Origin: an uncultured Alphaproteobacteria bacterium
Lineage (GTDB): Bacteria; Pseudomonadota; Alphaproteobacteria; Rs-D84
Reading direction: 5' to 3'
NCBI GenBank assembly: GCA_946188105.1
Contig: CAMHTQ010000002.1
Location: forward strand, 3,357-67,356
Length of the DNA stretch: 64,000 nt
This document shows, piece after piece, positions 9,580 through 19,183 of this stretch. Positions within the stretch are counted from its first letter, which is position 1; every line of letters starts with the position of its first letter. A program made the translations under genes and the position numbers. The notes under the pieces are model-generated. The model was given only the letters and a program-made list of their open reading frames with translations. It ran no database searches and was not told the origin of the DNA.

Positions 9580-11964
9580 ATGGCAACATTAACTCTTGGA
9601 AAATCTGTAACACTAGGTGCTGTGCAAAGCAAGAAAGGCGATGCGGTTTTCGTAGAACGTCGTCGCCGTATTGTTGCACCCGGCAGCAATGAATTGCGGG
9701 ACGAACCTGAAAAACCGGTGACTCAACATAATGCCGCAGACGAAAAATTGCGTGCAGTATTAGAGGCTGCCAAGGCTCGTGAAGAAGAACAAAAACAACG
9801 TCAAGCAGCCGAGGCCGCAGCATTGGCTGCCCGCGAGGCAGAAATCGCGCGCGAGGCCGCAGAATACGAACAGGTTAAAAACCAATTAAATGCTCGTGAA
9901 ATCGAAACAGATATTGTGGATGATTCTGCGATTGTTGTTCAACCAGAACGCAATAATAAAAAGCAACAATTTTCCAATCATCAAAAATCAAATCGTAATA
10001 ATAATGATGATGACGAACCTAAAACCAATAATAACAAATCTTTCAAAAAAGATTTTAAAAAAACTGGCAAGATTTCCATCAACGATATTATTATGGGTGG
10101 TGATGACGATGATGATGAAATCGAATTGCGTGGCTCGAACCGTCGTCGCAGCGAGGCATCATTAAAACGTTTTCGTGAAAAAGCGCGTGCTGTATTTTCT
10201 GCACCACAAAAGGTTGAACGTGTTGTAACATTGGGCGAAACTATTGTTGTCAAAGATTTAGCAAATGCGCTGGCTGAAAAAGTTGGTAATGTTATTAAAA
10301 AGTTGATGGAAATGGGAATGATGGTGTCCGTCAATCAATCTATTGATGCTGATACCGCTGAACTGATTGCTGGCGAATTTGGGGCGACTGTAAAACGTGT
10401 TGTTGTTAAACCTTATGCTGACCAACTGGAACGTGGTCCAAATCCAGAAAATTTAACACCACGCGCACCTATTGTAACGGTTGTGGGACACGTTGATCAT
10501 GGAAAAACATCCCTGTTGGATGCTTTCCGTAATGCAAATGTTGTTGCTGGCGAGGCTGGTGGAATTACACAACATATTTCATCATACGAGGTAAAAACGG
10601 CATCTGGTGCAATTATTACATTTTTGGATACCCCAGGTCATGAAACATTTACTGCTATGCGTGCTCGTGGTGCGCAAATGGCTGATATCGTGGTTTTGGT
10701 GGTTGCCGCCAACGATTCCATTATGCCTCAAACTATCGAGGCCATAAATCATATTCGTGCGGCCAAGGTTCCATTTATCGTTGCTATCAACAAATGTGAT
10801 TTGCCCGAGGCAAATCCAGAAAAGGTAAAAATCGATTTGTTGCAACAAGAGGTCCAGGTTGAATCTATGGGTGGTGATGTTCAATGTGTTGAAATTTCTG
10901 CCAAGAAAAAAACCAATTTGGATAAATTAGAAGAGGCAATTTTATTACAGGCCGCCATGATGGATTTAAAGGCCGATGCGGATATGCCTGCGGTTGCAAA
11001 TGTGGTCGAGGCAAAAATGGAACGTGGATTGGGTGCGGTTGCAACTGTAATTATTCGCCAAGGAACATTAAAAATTGGCGATGTATTCGTTGTTGGCGAA
11101 ACATTTGGTCGTGTTCGTGGTTTGATCAATTCATTTGGTGAACGTGTTAAATCTGTGCATCCTGGACAACCTGTTATGGTTTTGGGACTGGATGCTGTGC
11201 CAAGTGCTGGTGACGAATTACGTGTTATGGAAACCGAGGCACAAACTCGCGAGGTTGCCGCATATCGTATCCAACAGGCCAAAGACAAGGCAAATGCTGT
11301 TAAACGTTCATCATTACAAGATTTATTCGCAGCACGCGATGAATCTAAAAAGTTAATGTTGCCGGTTATTCTGCGTGCAGACGTGCAAGGTTCTGTCGAG
11401 GCAATTACAGATATGTTAAAAGGTATCAATACAGACAAAGTTGGTGTTGATTTATTGTCATCTGGTGTTGGTCAAATTACCGAGGGCGATATCAGATTGG
11501 CCACTGCATCAGGCGCTGTCATCATTGCATTTAATGTTCGTGCAGACAGTGCGGTGCGTGATATGGCGCGTAACAACGGTGTTGATATCCGTTATCACAG
11601 TGTTGTGTATCGTATCACAGACGAAATCAAAGAAATATTGTCTGGTAAATTGGCACCAGAAAAGAAAGAAAACTTTATCGGTTATGCCGACGTTATCGCA
11701 TTATTTACTGTTGGCAAGGGAACGCGTGTTGCGGGTTGCCGTATGACCGAGGGTGTAATTAAAAAAGATGCTTTTGTTCGCCTGCTTCGTGACAATGTCG
11801 TTATTTACGATGGTAAAATTGGCGAATTGCGTCGCGAGAAAAACGAGGTTAAAGAAGTATCTGGTGGTGTTGAATTCGGTATGAGTTTTGATAAATATAA
11901 TGACCTCAAAGAGGGTGATCGTGTTGAATGTTACGAGGTTACCGAGGTTCGTGCCGAACTGTAA
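9580..11964 (+). CDS. infB: Translation initiation factor IF-2
   Basis: GHVDHGKTSLLD, EAGGITQHI, DTPGH, NKCD. Confidence 0.98.
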   Translation: MATLTLGKSVTLGAVQSKKGDAVFVERRRRIVAPGSNELRDEPEKPVTQHNAADEKLRAVLEAAKAREEEQKQRQAAEAAALAAREAEIAREAAEYEQVKNQLNAREIETDIVDDSAIVVQPERNNKKQQFSNHQKSNRNNNDDDEPKTNNNKSFKKDFKKTGKISINDIIMGGDDDDDEIELRGSNRRRSEASLKRFREKARAVFSAPQKVERVVTLGETIVVKDLANALAEKVGNVIKKLMEMGMMVSVNQSIDADTAELIAGEFGATVKRVVVKPYADQLERGPNPENLTPRAPIVTVVGHVDHGKTSLLDAFRNANVVAGEAGGITQHISSYEVKTASGAIITFLDTPGHETFTAMRARGAQMADIVVLVVAANDSIMPQTIEAINHIRAAKVPFIVAINKCDLPEANPEKVKIDLLQQEVQVESMGGDVQCVEISAKKKTNLDKLEEAILLQAAMMDLKADADMPAVANVVEAKMERGLGAVATVIIRQGTLKIGDVFVVGETFGRVRGLINSFGERVKSVHPGQPVMVLGLDAVPSAGDELRVMETEAQTREVAAYRIQQAKDKANAVKRSSLQDLFAARDESKKLMLPVILRADVQGSVEAITDMLKGINTDKVGVDLLSSGVGQITEGDIRLATASGAVIIAFNVRADSAVRDMARNNGVDIRYHSVVYRITDEIKEILSGKLAPEKKENFIGYADVIALFTVGKGTRVAGCRMTEGVIKKDAFVRLLRDNVVIYDGKIGELRREKNEVKEVSGGVEFGMSFDKYNDLKEGDRVECYEVTEVRAEL

Positions 11965-11984
11965 GTTATTTTCAAAAAATTGTT

Positions 11985-12008
11985 GGGGCGATTTTTGCCC
12001 CTTTTTTT
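11985..12008 (+). terminator. Terminator after infB
   Basis: GGGGCG...TGCCCC stem followed by T7. Confidence 0.6.
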
Positions 12009-12038
12009 ATTCGAAAGAATGTGATACAATAAAACAGT

Positions 12039-12926
12039 ATGAAAAAGTTTTTTGTGCTTTTATTATTATCTTTGATTACGTGCAATTTATATGCTGGCGG
12101 TTTTGACGACGCGATAAATAATGTACGCCAGAATTGTTCAGGTTTTTCTGAATCTTTATCAGATTTAAAAAAAATGGCAGGTATAAATACCGCAATAACT
12201 GGTGTTGGCACATTGGCGGCAACAGGTGCAACGGTTGTTGGAATAATAAAATCAAACACAGATTCAGACTTAGAAAAAATATTAGCAAAAGTGAATACTG
12301 GTTCATCGTCAACCAATCCATCAGCATATGAAGTAACGAAAACTTATAATGAATATATTGAAACATATGGCACGATTGAAAACGTAAAAACAGAACTGGA
12401 AACCAAATCAAAAACATTAGGCAATTGGAGAACAGGTTTGGTTGGTGGTGCCACAGCGACAAATATTGTGGGGGCTGTAATTGCTGGTAATAACAAATTG
12501 GATGACGATTTCCAAACCCAGATAGATAATTGTATAAAATCTGTGGATTTATTAAAAAATGCTATTGGCCAGGCACGCATGGATGGAATTGACACAACGC
12601 GTGCAAATAATATTGTAAAAGAATGTGATGATTTGAAAAATATAGATTTATCGGTAATAAATAAACGTGCAACTGGTGCAATGGTGTCTTCTATAATTGG
12701 GGCGGCGACAGGTGTTGCAGGAACCGTAACATCAGCTGTTGCAAATACCGATAAAACACGCAATAGTGATGATAAAACAGAAAAAAATCTGAATACCGCA
12801 GCAAATGTATTGTCGGGTGGAACGGTGGTGGCATCGGGGGTGGCAACGGTATTTAATGCCACACAAATCAGCACAATAAAAAAAATTGTAAATATTGCAG
12901 AAAAGTGTGAAAAGGTATTACAATGA
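12039..12926 (+). CDS. Secreted hypothetical protein with four Gly/Ala/Thr-rich hydrophobic helices
   Basis: Sec signal peptide (…NLYA-G), GxxxG-rich segments, scattered Cys. Confidence 0.75.
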   Translation: MKKFFVLLLLSLITCNLYAGGFDDAINNVRQNCSGFSESLSDLKKMAGINTAITGVGTLAATGATVVGIIKSNTDSDLEKILAKVNTGSSSTNPSAYEVTKTYNEYIETYGTIENVKTELETKSKTLGNWRTGLVGGATATNIVGAVIAGNNKLDDDFQTQIDNCIKSVDLLKNAIGQARMDGIDTTRANNIVKECDDLKNIDLSVINKRATGAMVSSIIGAATGVAGTVTSAVANTDKTRNSDDKTEKNLNTAANVLSGGTVVASGVATVFNATQISTIKKIVNIAEKCEKVLQ

Positions 12927-14131
12927 AAAGACTTTTAACATTTTTGCTATTTTTGATTTTATCAGTTCCGGCATTTGCCGACGGTTTTGGTGCAAATGAC
13001 AAAGTGTTATATTTTAATTCTGATGTTTTAATAGATGTAATAAAACGCAATTTTGCCAATGATTTGCAATTAAATGTCGCACAAAAATATGTTGATTTAA
13101 TGGATGTAAACGGAAATGTGTCAATTGTTGATTTGGTAACGGTATGCAAAACCGGAAATTTAGATACGAATAAATGCCGTGTTTTTATAAATGATTTATT
13201 AAAGACTGCTGAAACCGACATAAAACCATTTTATTGGGCAGATTATGTTTCTGTAAATACAGACCCTATAGGATTAAATTCCGTTCAATTTGGGGATGGA
13301 ACTTATAATTATGCAAAAAGTGGGTTATTACCTGGTGAATGGGCAATACAATTTGGGTGGATGAAATATAAACATCAATCATTTAGGAAACAATATCCAA
13401 ATAATAAATTTATAGGCGGAACCAGTGCGTGTACATCGGATGTTGGTACCAGATATGTTGCGGATTCATCAAAAAATTATTCATCAAATCAACAAACAGG
13501 TAATCAATGCTGGTGTCGTATGACAGTGCCAGAACAGAGTGCATGGGTATATAATGGTGATATACAAAATGGCGGTACATGTCATCATGCCTGTGCTTTA
13601 TCTTGTATGACAAATGTTCGTGATAAAACACAAATGCGGGGTGCAATATTTACCACAGTAAAATTAAATGAATCAAATGCCAATTCTGTTGCTGACAATA
13701 CAACAAAAGATATATTGATTAAGAAATTTACCCCGTGTGAATTTGATTGGGTAAAAGATATCGATGTTTATGCCAGACCACACCCGAAAATAAAATTTTC
13801 TGGGTCTGAATGGACGATAACCGGATATAAATGGATGAATGGTGAAAAGTTTCAATGCAAATATCCAGATGTTAATGAAATAAAAGGTACGTCTTCAATA
13901 AAGAATTATGGTTATGGAAAGGTTTGTTTATGTAAAATGACAGAACCAGAAGAATCTGCATGGGTAGAAGCTGAGTGGAATGTATATGTAGGGGGAAGTA
14001 GAGAGTGTGGAACAGTGTGTGCTCACTCAATTGCGTTTGGAACAATTGCAGGAGATCTGTGTTCTAAAGATGATTACAGTGGTTCAAAAAGAAATGCTGA
14101 AGATATGTTTAAATCCATCGGTAAAAAATAA
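12923..14131 (+). CDS. Secreted Cys-rich protein with duplicated CxCxMTxPExSAWV module
   Basis: Signal peptide (VPAFA-D); two copies CWCRMTVPEQSAWV / CLCKMTEPEESAWV; ATGA overlap with upstream gene. Confidence 0.75.
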   Translation: MKRLLTFLLFLILSVPAFADGFGANDKVLYFNSDVLIDVIKRNFANDLQLNVAQKYVDLMDVNGNVSIVDLVTVCKTGNLDTNKCRVFINDLLKTAETDIKPFYWADYVSVNTDPIGLNSVQFGDGTYNYAKSGLLPGEWAIQFGWMKYKHQSFRKQYPNNKFIGGTSACTSDVGTRYVADSSKNYSSNQQTGNQCWCRMTVPEQSAWVYNGDIQNGGTCHHACALSCMTNVRDKTQMRGAIFTTVKLNESNANSVADNTTKDILIKKFTPCEFDWVKDIDVYARPHPKIKFSGSEWTITGYKWMNGEKFQCKYPDVNEIKGTSSIKNYGYGKVCLCKMTEPEESAWVEAEWNVYVGGSRECGTVCAHSIAFGTIAGDLCSKDDYSGSKRNAEDMFKSIGKK

Positions 14132-14135
14132 AAAT

Positions 14136-14603
14136 TTAACTATTTTTTCTTTTTCTAAATTCATCCAATGATACAACCCTGCCCTCGTCTGGCACAGAAT
14201 TTTTATTTCCATCCAATGGCAATTCCATATCGTTGTCTGCGGATTCTGGTTGTGATTTTGGATGGAATGTCAAAATAAAATCAACCGATGGATCTTTGAA
14301 TTCAACCAATGCAGAAAATGGGACGCGAATAAAAAATGGACGTCCATCAAATGTCAACTGCACACCAAATTCTTTATCAGACACATGTAAATTGTTGTAA
14401 GAATATTGTAAAACAATTGTCATTATATCTGGGTATCTCATTTTTAAAAAGTCAGGCAATACAACCCCTGGATCACGTGTCTTAAATGTGATAAAAAAAT
14501 GTGATCCATCCCCCAGACCATTTATCTGTGCATGAACCAAGGCATCTTTGACCACAGATTTTAATGCGTTATCCAGTAAAAGTTGATAATCAATAATTGC
14601 CAT
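14136..14603 (-). CDS. sspB: ClpXP adaptor SspB (alphaproteobacterial type)
   Basis: HFFITFKT..PGV.LP..L...YP..MTIVLQ, F.DPSV.F and C-terminal VVSLDEFRK. Confidence 0.9.
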   Translation of the reverse strand: MAIIDYQLLLDNALKSVVKDALVHAQINGLGDGSHFFITFKTRDPGVVLPDFLKMRYPDIMTIVLQYSYNNLHVSDKEFGVQLTFDGRPFFIRVPFSALVEFKDPSVDFILTFHPKSQPESADNDMELPLDGNKNSVPDEGRVVSLDEFRKRKNS

Positions 14604-14609
14604 TTATTT

Positions 14610-15692
14610 TTATTCCTTTTCACACAGTATATTACTTATTTCTCCATTATGGCAAGTAACAATTACAGCATCAGGAATATCTGAAAAAGATTTTTCATCC
14701 AAACCTGTTACCCAAACCTGTGTATGATTTTTGCCAAATGTGCTGAAAATTCTGGCTCTGGCATTAGAATCCAAATGTGCTGCTGCCTCGTCCAGTAAAA
14801 CAATACAATCGCGTTTTGTTTTTGTATGTAATAAATCTGTATGTGCCAAAATCAAATCAAACAAAGCCGATTTTTGCTGACCAGTACTGGTAAGCCGAAC
14901 AGGTAAATTTAATTCATTATTGAACATACCGAAATCAGATTTATGTGGCCCATCCAAAACCATTTTATCATTTATCAAATCACGATTATCCGACAAATAA
15001 TCACGATATTCACGTTCAACAATCGCGGCGGGTTTCCCAGAAATCAAATTGCGTTCCAACAAACCGTCAACCGATACACTAAATTTTTTTAAAAAATAAT
15101 TTATCTCGCCTGAATATTGAATGCGTGCCGCGGCAATTGCGACGCCCGCCCCTGCTAATTGATCGTCTAATGCATCTAACCATTTAGCATCAGCAGAGTT
15201 TTTTAATGCAAATGCGCGTTCAGATAACAATTTTGTAAATTTTGCAATACGACCATTATGTGATGAATCAAAATTACTGGCTAATCTGTCAAAAAATGCA
15301 CGTCTGTCAGCGGCAGAATCAACAAACAACCGGTCTTCCTTTGGGGAAATCCAAACGATACGCAACATATTGCCTAAATCACCTAATGTCGCATTTTCGT
15401 CATTTATTTTTGCATGTCGATTATTATCCCCAGAATTAAAATAAACACATATGGAATCACCAGTCTTGGTTTCACAAAATGCCGAAAAACCACCGTTGCC
15501 AGAAAAACAGGCAATATCTGTCATATCGGCACCACGCATACCCTTGTCGCCCGCCAGCATAGACAATGCCTCTAAGATAGCAGTTTTCCCAGCACCATTT
15601 TCACCAATGATAATGATGTTTTTTGCATCGTGCGTTTCAACACGTGATATTTTATGATTGCGGAAATCGTTAAGTGTAAGGGTTTTAATCAT
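14610..15692 (-). CDS. recF: DNA replication/repair protein RecF
   Basis: FRNH, GENGAGKT Walker A, GPHKSD, STGQQK, LLDE; true start 15692 because the ORF-track extension overlaps the tRNA. Confidence 0.92.
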   Translation of the reverse strand: MIKTLTLNDFRNHKISRVETHDAKNIIIIGENGAGKTAILEALSMLAGDKGMRGADMTDIACFSGNGGFSAFCETKTGDSICVYFNSGDNNRHAKINDENATLGDLGNMLRIVWISPKEDRLFVDSAADRRAFFDRLASNFDSSHNGRIAKFTKLLSERAFALKNSADAKWLDALDDQLAGAGVAIAAARIQYSGEINYFLKKFSVSVDGLLERNLISGKPAAIVEREYRDYLSDNRDLINDKMVLDGPHKSDFGMFNNELNLPVRLTSTGQQKSALFDLILAHTDLLHTKTKRDCIVLLDEAAAHLDSNARARIFSTFGKNHTQVWVTGLDEKSFSDIPDAVIVTCHNGEISNILCEKE

Positions 15693-15704
15693 AACGGAAT
15701 TTTT

Positions 15705-15778
15705 TGGAGGCCAGGGTCGGAATCGAACCGGCATCCAAGGATTTGCAGTCCTCTGCATAACCACTCTGCCACCTGGCC
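15705..15778 (-). tRNA. tRNA-Cys(GCA)
   Basis: GGCCAGGTGGCAGAGTGG...GAGGA-CT-GCA-AA-TCCTT...GGTTCGATTCC...CCTGGCCTCCA. Confidence 0.97.
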
Positions 15779-15923
15779 TTCAACACGTGCTTGAATATTA
15801 AACAAAAAAAATATCCTTTGCAACATAAATTTTTATCACACTAAATACAAAAAGTTAGGACGAATTCATGATTGATTTTTTTGCGAAAATATGATAAAAT
15901 CTGCGCAGGCAGAGAGATATTAA

Positions 15924-17237
15924 ATGAAGAAAATTTGGCTTGTTTTTACACTGATTCCATATGCATGTTTTGCAAAAGATGATTGTGCAACATTGAAAAC
16001 GGTTCCTGAAACCACATTGACTTTGCAACAGGTTGTGAATTTTGGGCTGTGTCGTAATCCACAAACGGCTGCGGCATATGCATCATATCGTTCCGCACAT
16101 TTTACAAAAAACGCGGCATACTCGTCATATTTACCCAAGGTTGATGCACATATTTCAACCAGTCGTCTGCACCGTGTTCACGATGATTGGGATTACAGTG
16201 GTTCACTTTCTGCATCATATTTGATATTTGATTTTGGTCGTCGTTCATCTGAATTTGCAACATCATTGGCGACATACAGGGCGGCTGGTTTTGATTATGA
16301 TGAATCTGTTCAAAATTATGTTTATTCTGTGATTGGCGCATACTATGAATTATTAAATGCAAATGCCAATGTCGAGGCCGCAGAAATGGCATTAAAGGTT
16401 GCAAAAACCGCAAAAGATACCGCCGATAAAAAATTCAAGGCTGGTGCCGTTGCCAAGGCCGATGTGTACAAGGCCGAAACAACACTTGCATCTGCGGAAT
16501 TAAAACTGGAACGTGCAAAAAATAATCGTGAAATTACCAAAGGGACATTGTTAACAAAATTGTCTTTCCCAGCAAACCAAGAAATTACAATTGCTGATAT
16601 GCCATCCAGTTTTGGCAGTGATGCAGAAAGCGAGGATATTGATAAATTAATCGAGGTTGCGCGTAAAAAACGTCCAGATTTGTTAAAGGCATCTGCAAAC
16701 AAAGATGCTGCATGGAACCGCAGAAACACAGCGTTTTTGAAAAATTTACCATCAATTTCTTTGACGGGCAGTGTTGATATGCGTGAAAAATCAGTTGGTG
16801 GGTTGTTTGATGATGTGTCGGCACGTGCAGGTGGTTCGGTTGGTATATCTGTATCTATGCCTATATTTGCTGGATTTCAAAATATGTATAATGCACGTGC
16901 GGCGGTTGCAAATTATGACAGTGCTGTTGAATCAGAACGTTCTGTCAGAAATAATGCAATGATGGATGTGTTTACGGCATATCAAAATTATAAAACCGCT
17001 AAAACCGTTTTAGAACAAACTGATGCATTATTAAAATCTGCAACAGAAAACGAACGTGTTACATCCGGAATGTACAAGGTTGGTCGCAGTACAATGCTTG
17101 ATTGGCAACAGGCACAATCTGACCTTATAGATGCACGTAATCAAAACAATGCTGCGAAATATGATTTGTATGTAAAACGTGCAGCTGTTGCGCTGGCGAT
17201 TGGCGATATACAAACAAAAATAGACGGAGAGGAATAA
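15924..17237 (+). CDS. TolC-family outer membrane efflux protein
   Basis: Signal peptide; two OEP repeats (YLP.V..., LIFDFG, PIF.GF, YKVGRSTMLD). Confidence 0.9.
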   Translation: MKKIWLVFTLIPYACFAKDDCATLKTVPETTLTLQQVVNFGLCRNPQTAAAYASYRSAHFTKNAAYSSYLPKVDAHISTSRLHRVHDDWDYSGSLSASYLIFDFGRRSSEFATSLATYRAAGFDYDESVQNYVYSVIGAYYELLNANANVEAAEMALKVAKTAKDTADKKFKAGAVAKADVYKAETTLASAELKLERAKNNREITKGTLLTKLSFPANQEITIADMPSSFGSDAESEDIDKLIEVARKKRPDLLKASANKDAAWNRRNTAFLKNLPSISLTGSVDMREKSVGGLFDDVSARAGGSVGISVSMPIFAGFQNMYNARAAVANYDSAVESERSVRNNAMMDVFTAYQNYKTAKTVLEQTDALLKSATENERVTSGMYKVGRSTMLDWQQAQSDLIDARNQNNAAKYDLYVKRAAVALAIGDIQTKIDGEE

Positions 17238-17238
17238 A

Positions 17239-18426
17239 ATGTGGGCTAAAATAAAACAGTTTTTATCATGGCCATGGCGACACAAATGGTGGACATTGCT
17301 AATAATCATTGCGGTTGGTGGCTATATGATATTTGGTGCCAGTGCTAAAAAGACAGGAAACAAAGGTGAATTTGTAACTGTGAATATTACACGTGGTGAT
17401 ATGGAACAGGTTGTCAGTGCAACCGGTGAAATAAGCCCAGTAAATACCGTCAGTGTTGGTTCCCAAGTGTCCGGCACAATTGAAGATATATTTGTTGATT
17501 TTAATTCCCAAGTTAAACAAGGTGATATTTTATTAAAAATTGAACCATCTGTTTTACAGGCATCTGTGACCGAGGCCAAGGCATCTTTGGATTCCGCTGT
17601 ATCACAAAGAAATTTGGCAAAAAGTGATTATATTCGTGATAAATCTTTGTATGCCGATGGTTTTATTGCACGTGCAGAAATGGAAAAATCACTTGCTCAG
17701 TATGAACAGGCCCAGGCATCTGTGGTACGCGCACAATCTCAATATGACAAAGCGGTAACGAATTTAGGTTATGCAACAATTACATCCCCAGTAAACGGTA
17801 CTGTGATATCTCGTAAAGTTGATAAAGGTCAAACGGTTGCGGCATCTTTCCAAACCCCAGATTTGTTTGAAATTGCCGAGGATTTAACAAAAATGCAAAT
17901 TGAAACCGCTGTGTCCGAGGCCGATATAGGTATGATTCAACAGGGTCAAAATGTTACATTTACCGTTGATGCATATTCTGGCGATAAATTCAAAGGTGTT
18001 GTTCGTCAAATTCGTTTGTCACCTACAACAACATCAAACGTGGTTGTGTATACGGTTGTGATTGATGTTGATAATTCAGATTTACGTTTAATGCCTGGTA
18101 TGACTGCATTCGTAACAATAATTGTCAATCGTGCCGAAGATGTATGGAAGGCACAAAATTCAGCATTTTTATTACGCTCTTTTGAAAACATAGATCCCAA
18201 GGCCAAAGATATTCCAACTGCAAATCATTTGGCAATATTGCGTGATAAACAGGTTGTAATAGTTGAATATAAAAAGGGCTTGGTCACAGCAACCGATACA
18301 GAAATTATCTCGGATGATATAAAATCTGGTGATAAAATCATAGTTGGTCGCTTTGGTCAAGAATCATCAATTAAAAAATCCACAACCAGACGTAATAGTA
18401 ATCCAATGGGTGGTGGCCCTAGATAA
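17239..18426 (+). CDS. macA: MacA-like periplasmic adaptor (membrane fusion protein)
   Basis: ATGEISP...V.VGSQVSG.I, I.SPVNGTVI, GQTVAASFQTP.LF.IA.DL. Confidence 0.88.
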   Translation: MWAKIKQFLSWPWRHKWWTLLIIIAVGGYMIFGASAKKTGNKGEFVTVNITRGDMEQVVSATGEISPVNTVSVGSQVSGTIEDIFVDFNSQVKQGDILLKIEPSVLQASVTEAKASLDSAVSQRNLAKSDYIRDKSLYADGFIARAEMEKSLAQYEQAQASVVRAQSQYDKAVTNLGYATITSPVNGTVISRKVDKGQTVAASFQTPDLFEIAEDLTKMQIETAVSEADIGMIQQGQNVTFTVDAYSGDKFKGVVRQIRLSPTTTSNVVVYTVVIDVDNSDLRLMPGMTAFVTIIVNRAEDVWKAQNSAFLLRSFENIDPKAKDIPTANHLAILRDKQVVIVEYKKGLVTATDTEIISDDIKSGDKIIVGRFGQESSIKKSTTRRNSNPMGGGPR

Positions 18427-18436
18427 TGGTGTAAAA

Positions 18437-19183
18437 ATGCCGACACAACCAAATGTAATTTCTATGAATAAAATTTGTAAAAGTTTTCCACTGGAAATCG
18501 GTGGAACTCAACAGGTTTTATTTGATATAACATTTAATGTTCGTTCTGGTGAATTTGTATCTATTATGGGACCATCTGGTTCTGGAAAATCAACATGTAT
18601 GAACATAATTGGTGCGCTGGACAGTGCGACATCTGGAACCTATGAATTATATGGTCGTGATATATCGACAATGACGGCTGATGAATTGGCGACAATTCGT
18701 AATGAATATATCGGATTTGTTTTTCAAAACTTTAATCTGCTGGCAAAAAGAAACATCCTGGATAACGTTATGTTGCCATTGATGTATCGCGGACTACCAA
18801 TGCAAGAACGCATCAGAAAAGCACGCGAAATGTTAAAGTTGGTTGGTTTGGAAAATTTTGAAACTTACCTGCCTACGCAATTGTCTGGTGGTATGAAACA
18901 ACGTGTTGCGATTGCTCGTGCATTGGCAGGAACACCAAAATTGATATTGGCAGACGAACCAACGGGTGCGCTGGATTCAAAAATGGGTAATGAAATTTTG
19001 CAGTTTTTCAAAAAATTAAACAAAGATTTGGGAATAACAATTGTAATGATTACTCACGAATTTGATATTGCAAAATATTCAGACCGTTTAATTCATATTT
19101 ACGATGGTCGTATAACATACGATGGAAAAATACCAAAGAATGAATCTGATTTAATGCCAAAGGTTAAAAGGGGAACAAAATGA
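18437..19183 (+). CDS. MacB-family ABC transporter ATP-binding protein
   Basis: GPSGSGKST, GFVFQNFNL, LSGGMKQRVAIARAL, ADEPTGALD; probable start 18437. Confidence 0.92.
   Translation: MPTQPNVISMNKICKSFPLEIGGTQQVLFDITFNVRSGEFVSIMGPSGSGKSTCMNIIGALDSATSGTYELYGRDISTMTADELATIRNEYIGFVFQNFNLLAKRNILDNVMLPLMYRGLPMQERIRKAREMLKLVGLENFETYLPTQLSGGMKQRVAIARALAGTPKLILADEPTGALDSKMGNEILQFFKKLNKDLGITIVMITHEFDIAKYSDRLIHIYDGRITYDGKIPKNESDLMPKVKRGTK

Noticed and set aside
13500-13980. Diversity-generating retroelement TR/VR pair in the duplicated Cys module
   Set aside because: The copies differ at all base types and in length, not specifically at adenines, and there is no reverse transcriptase in the window
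15693-15764. N-terminal extension of RecF in the ORF track (MVMQRTANPW...)
   Set aside because: It is mostly the translated tRNA-Cys sequence; the RecF motifs begin at ATG 15692
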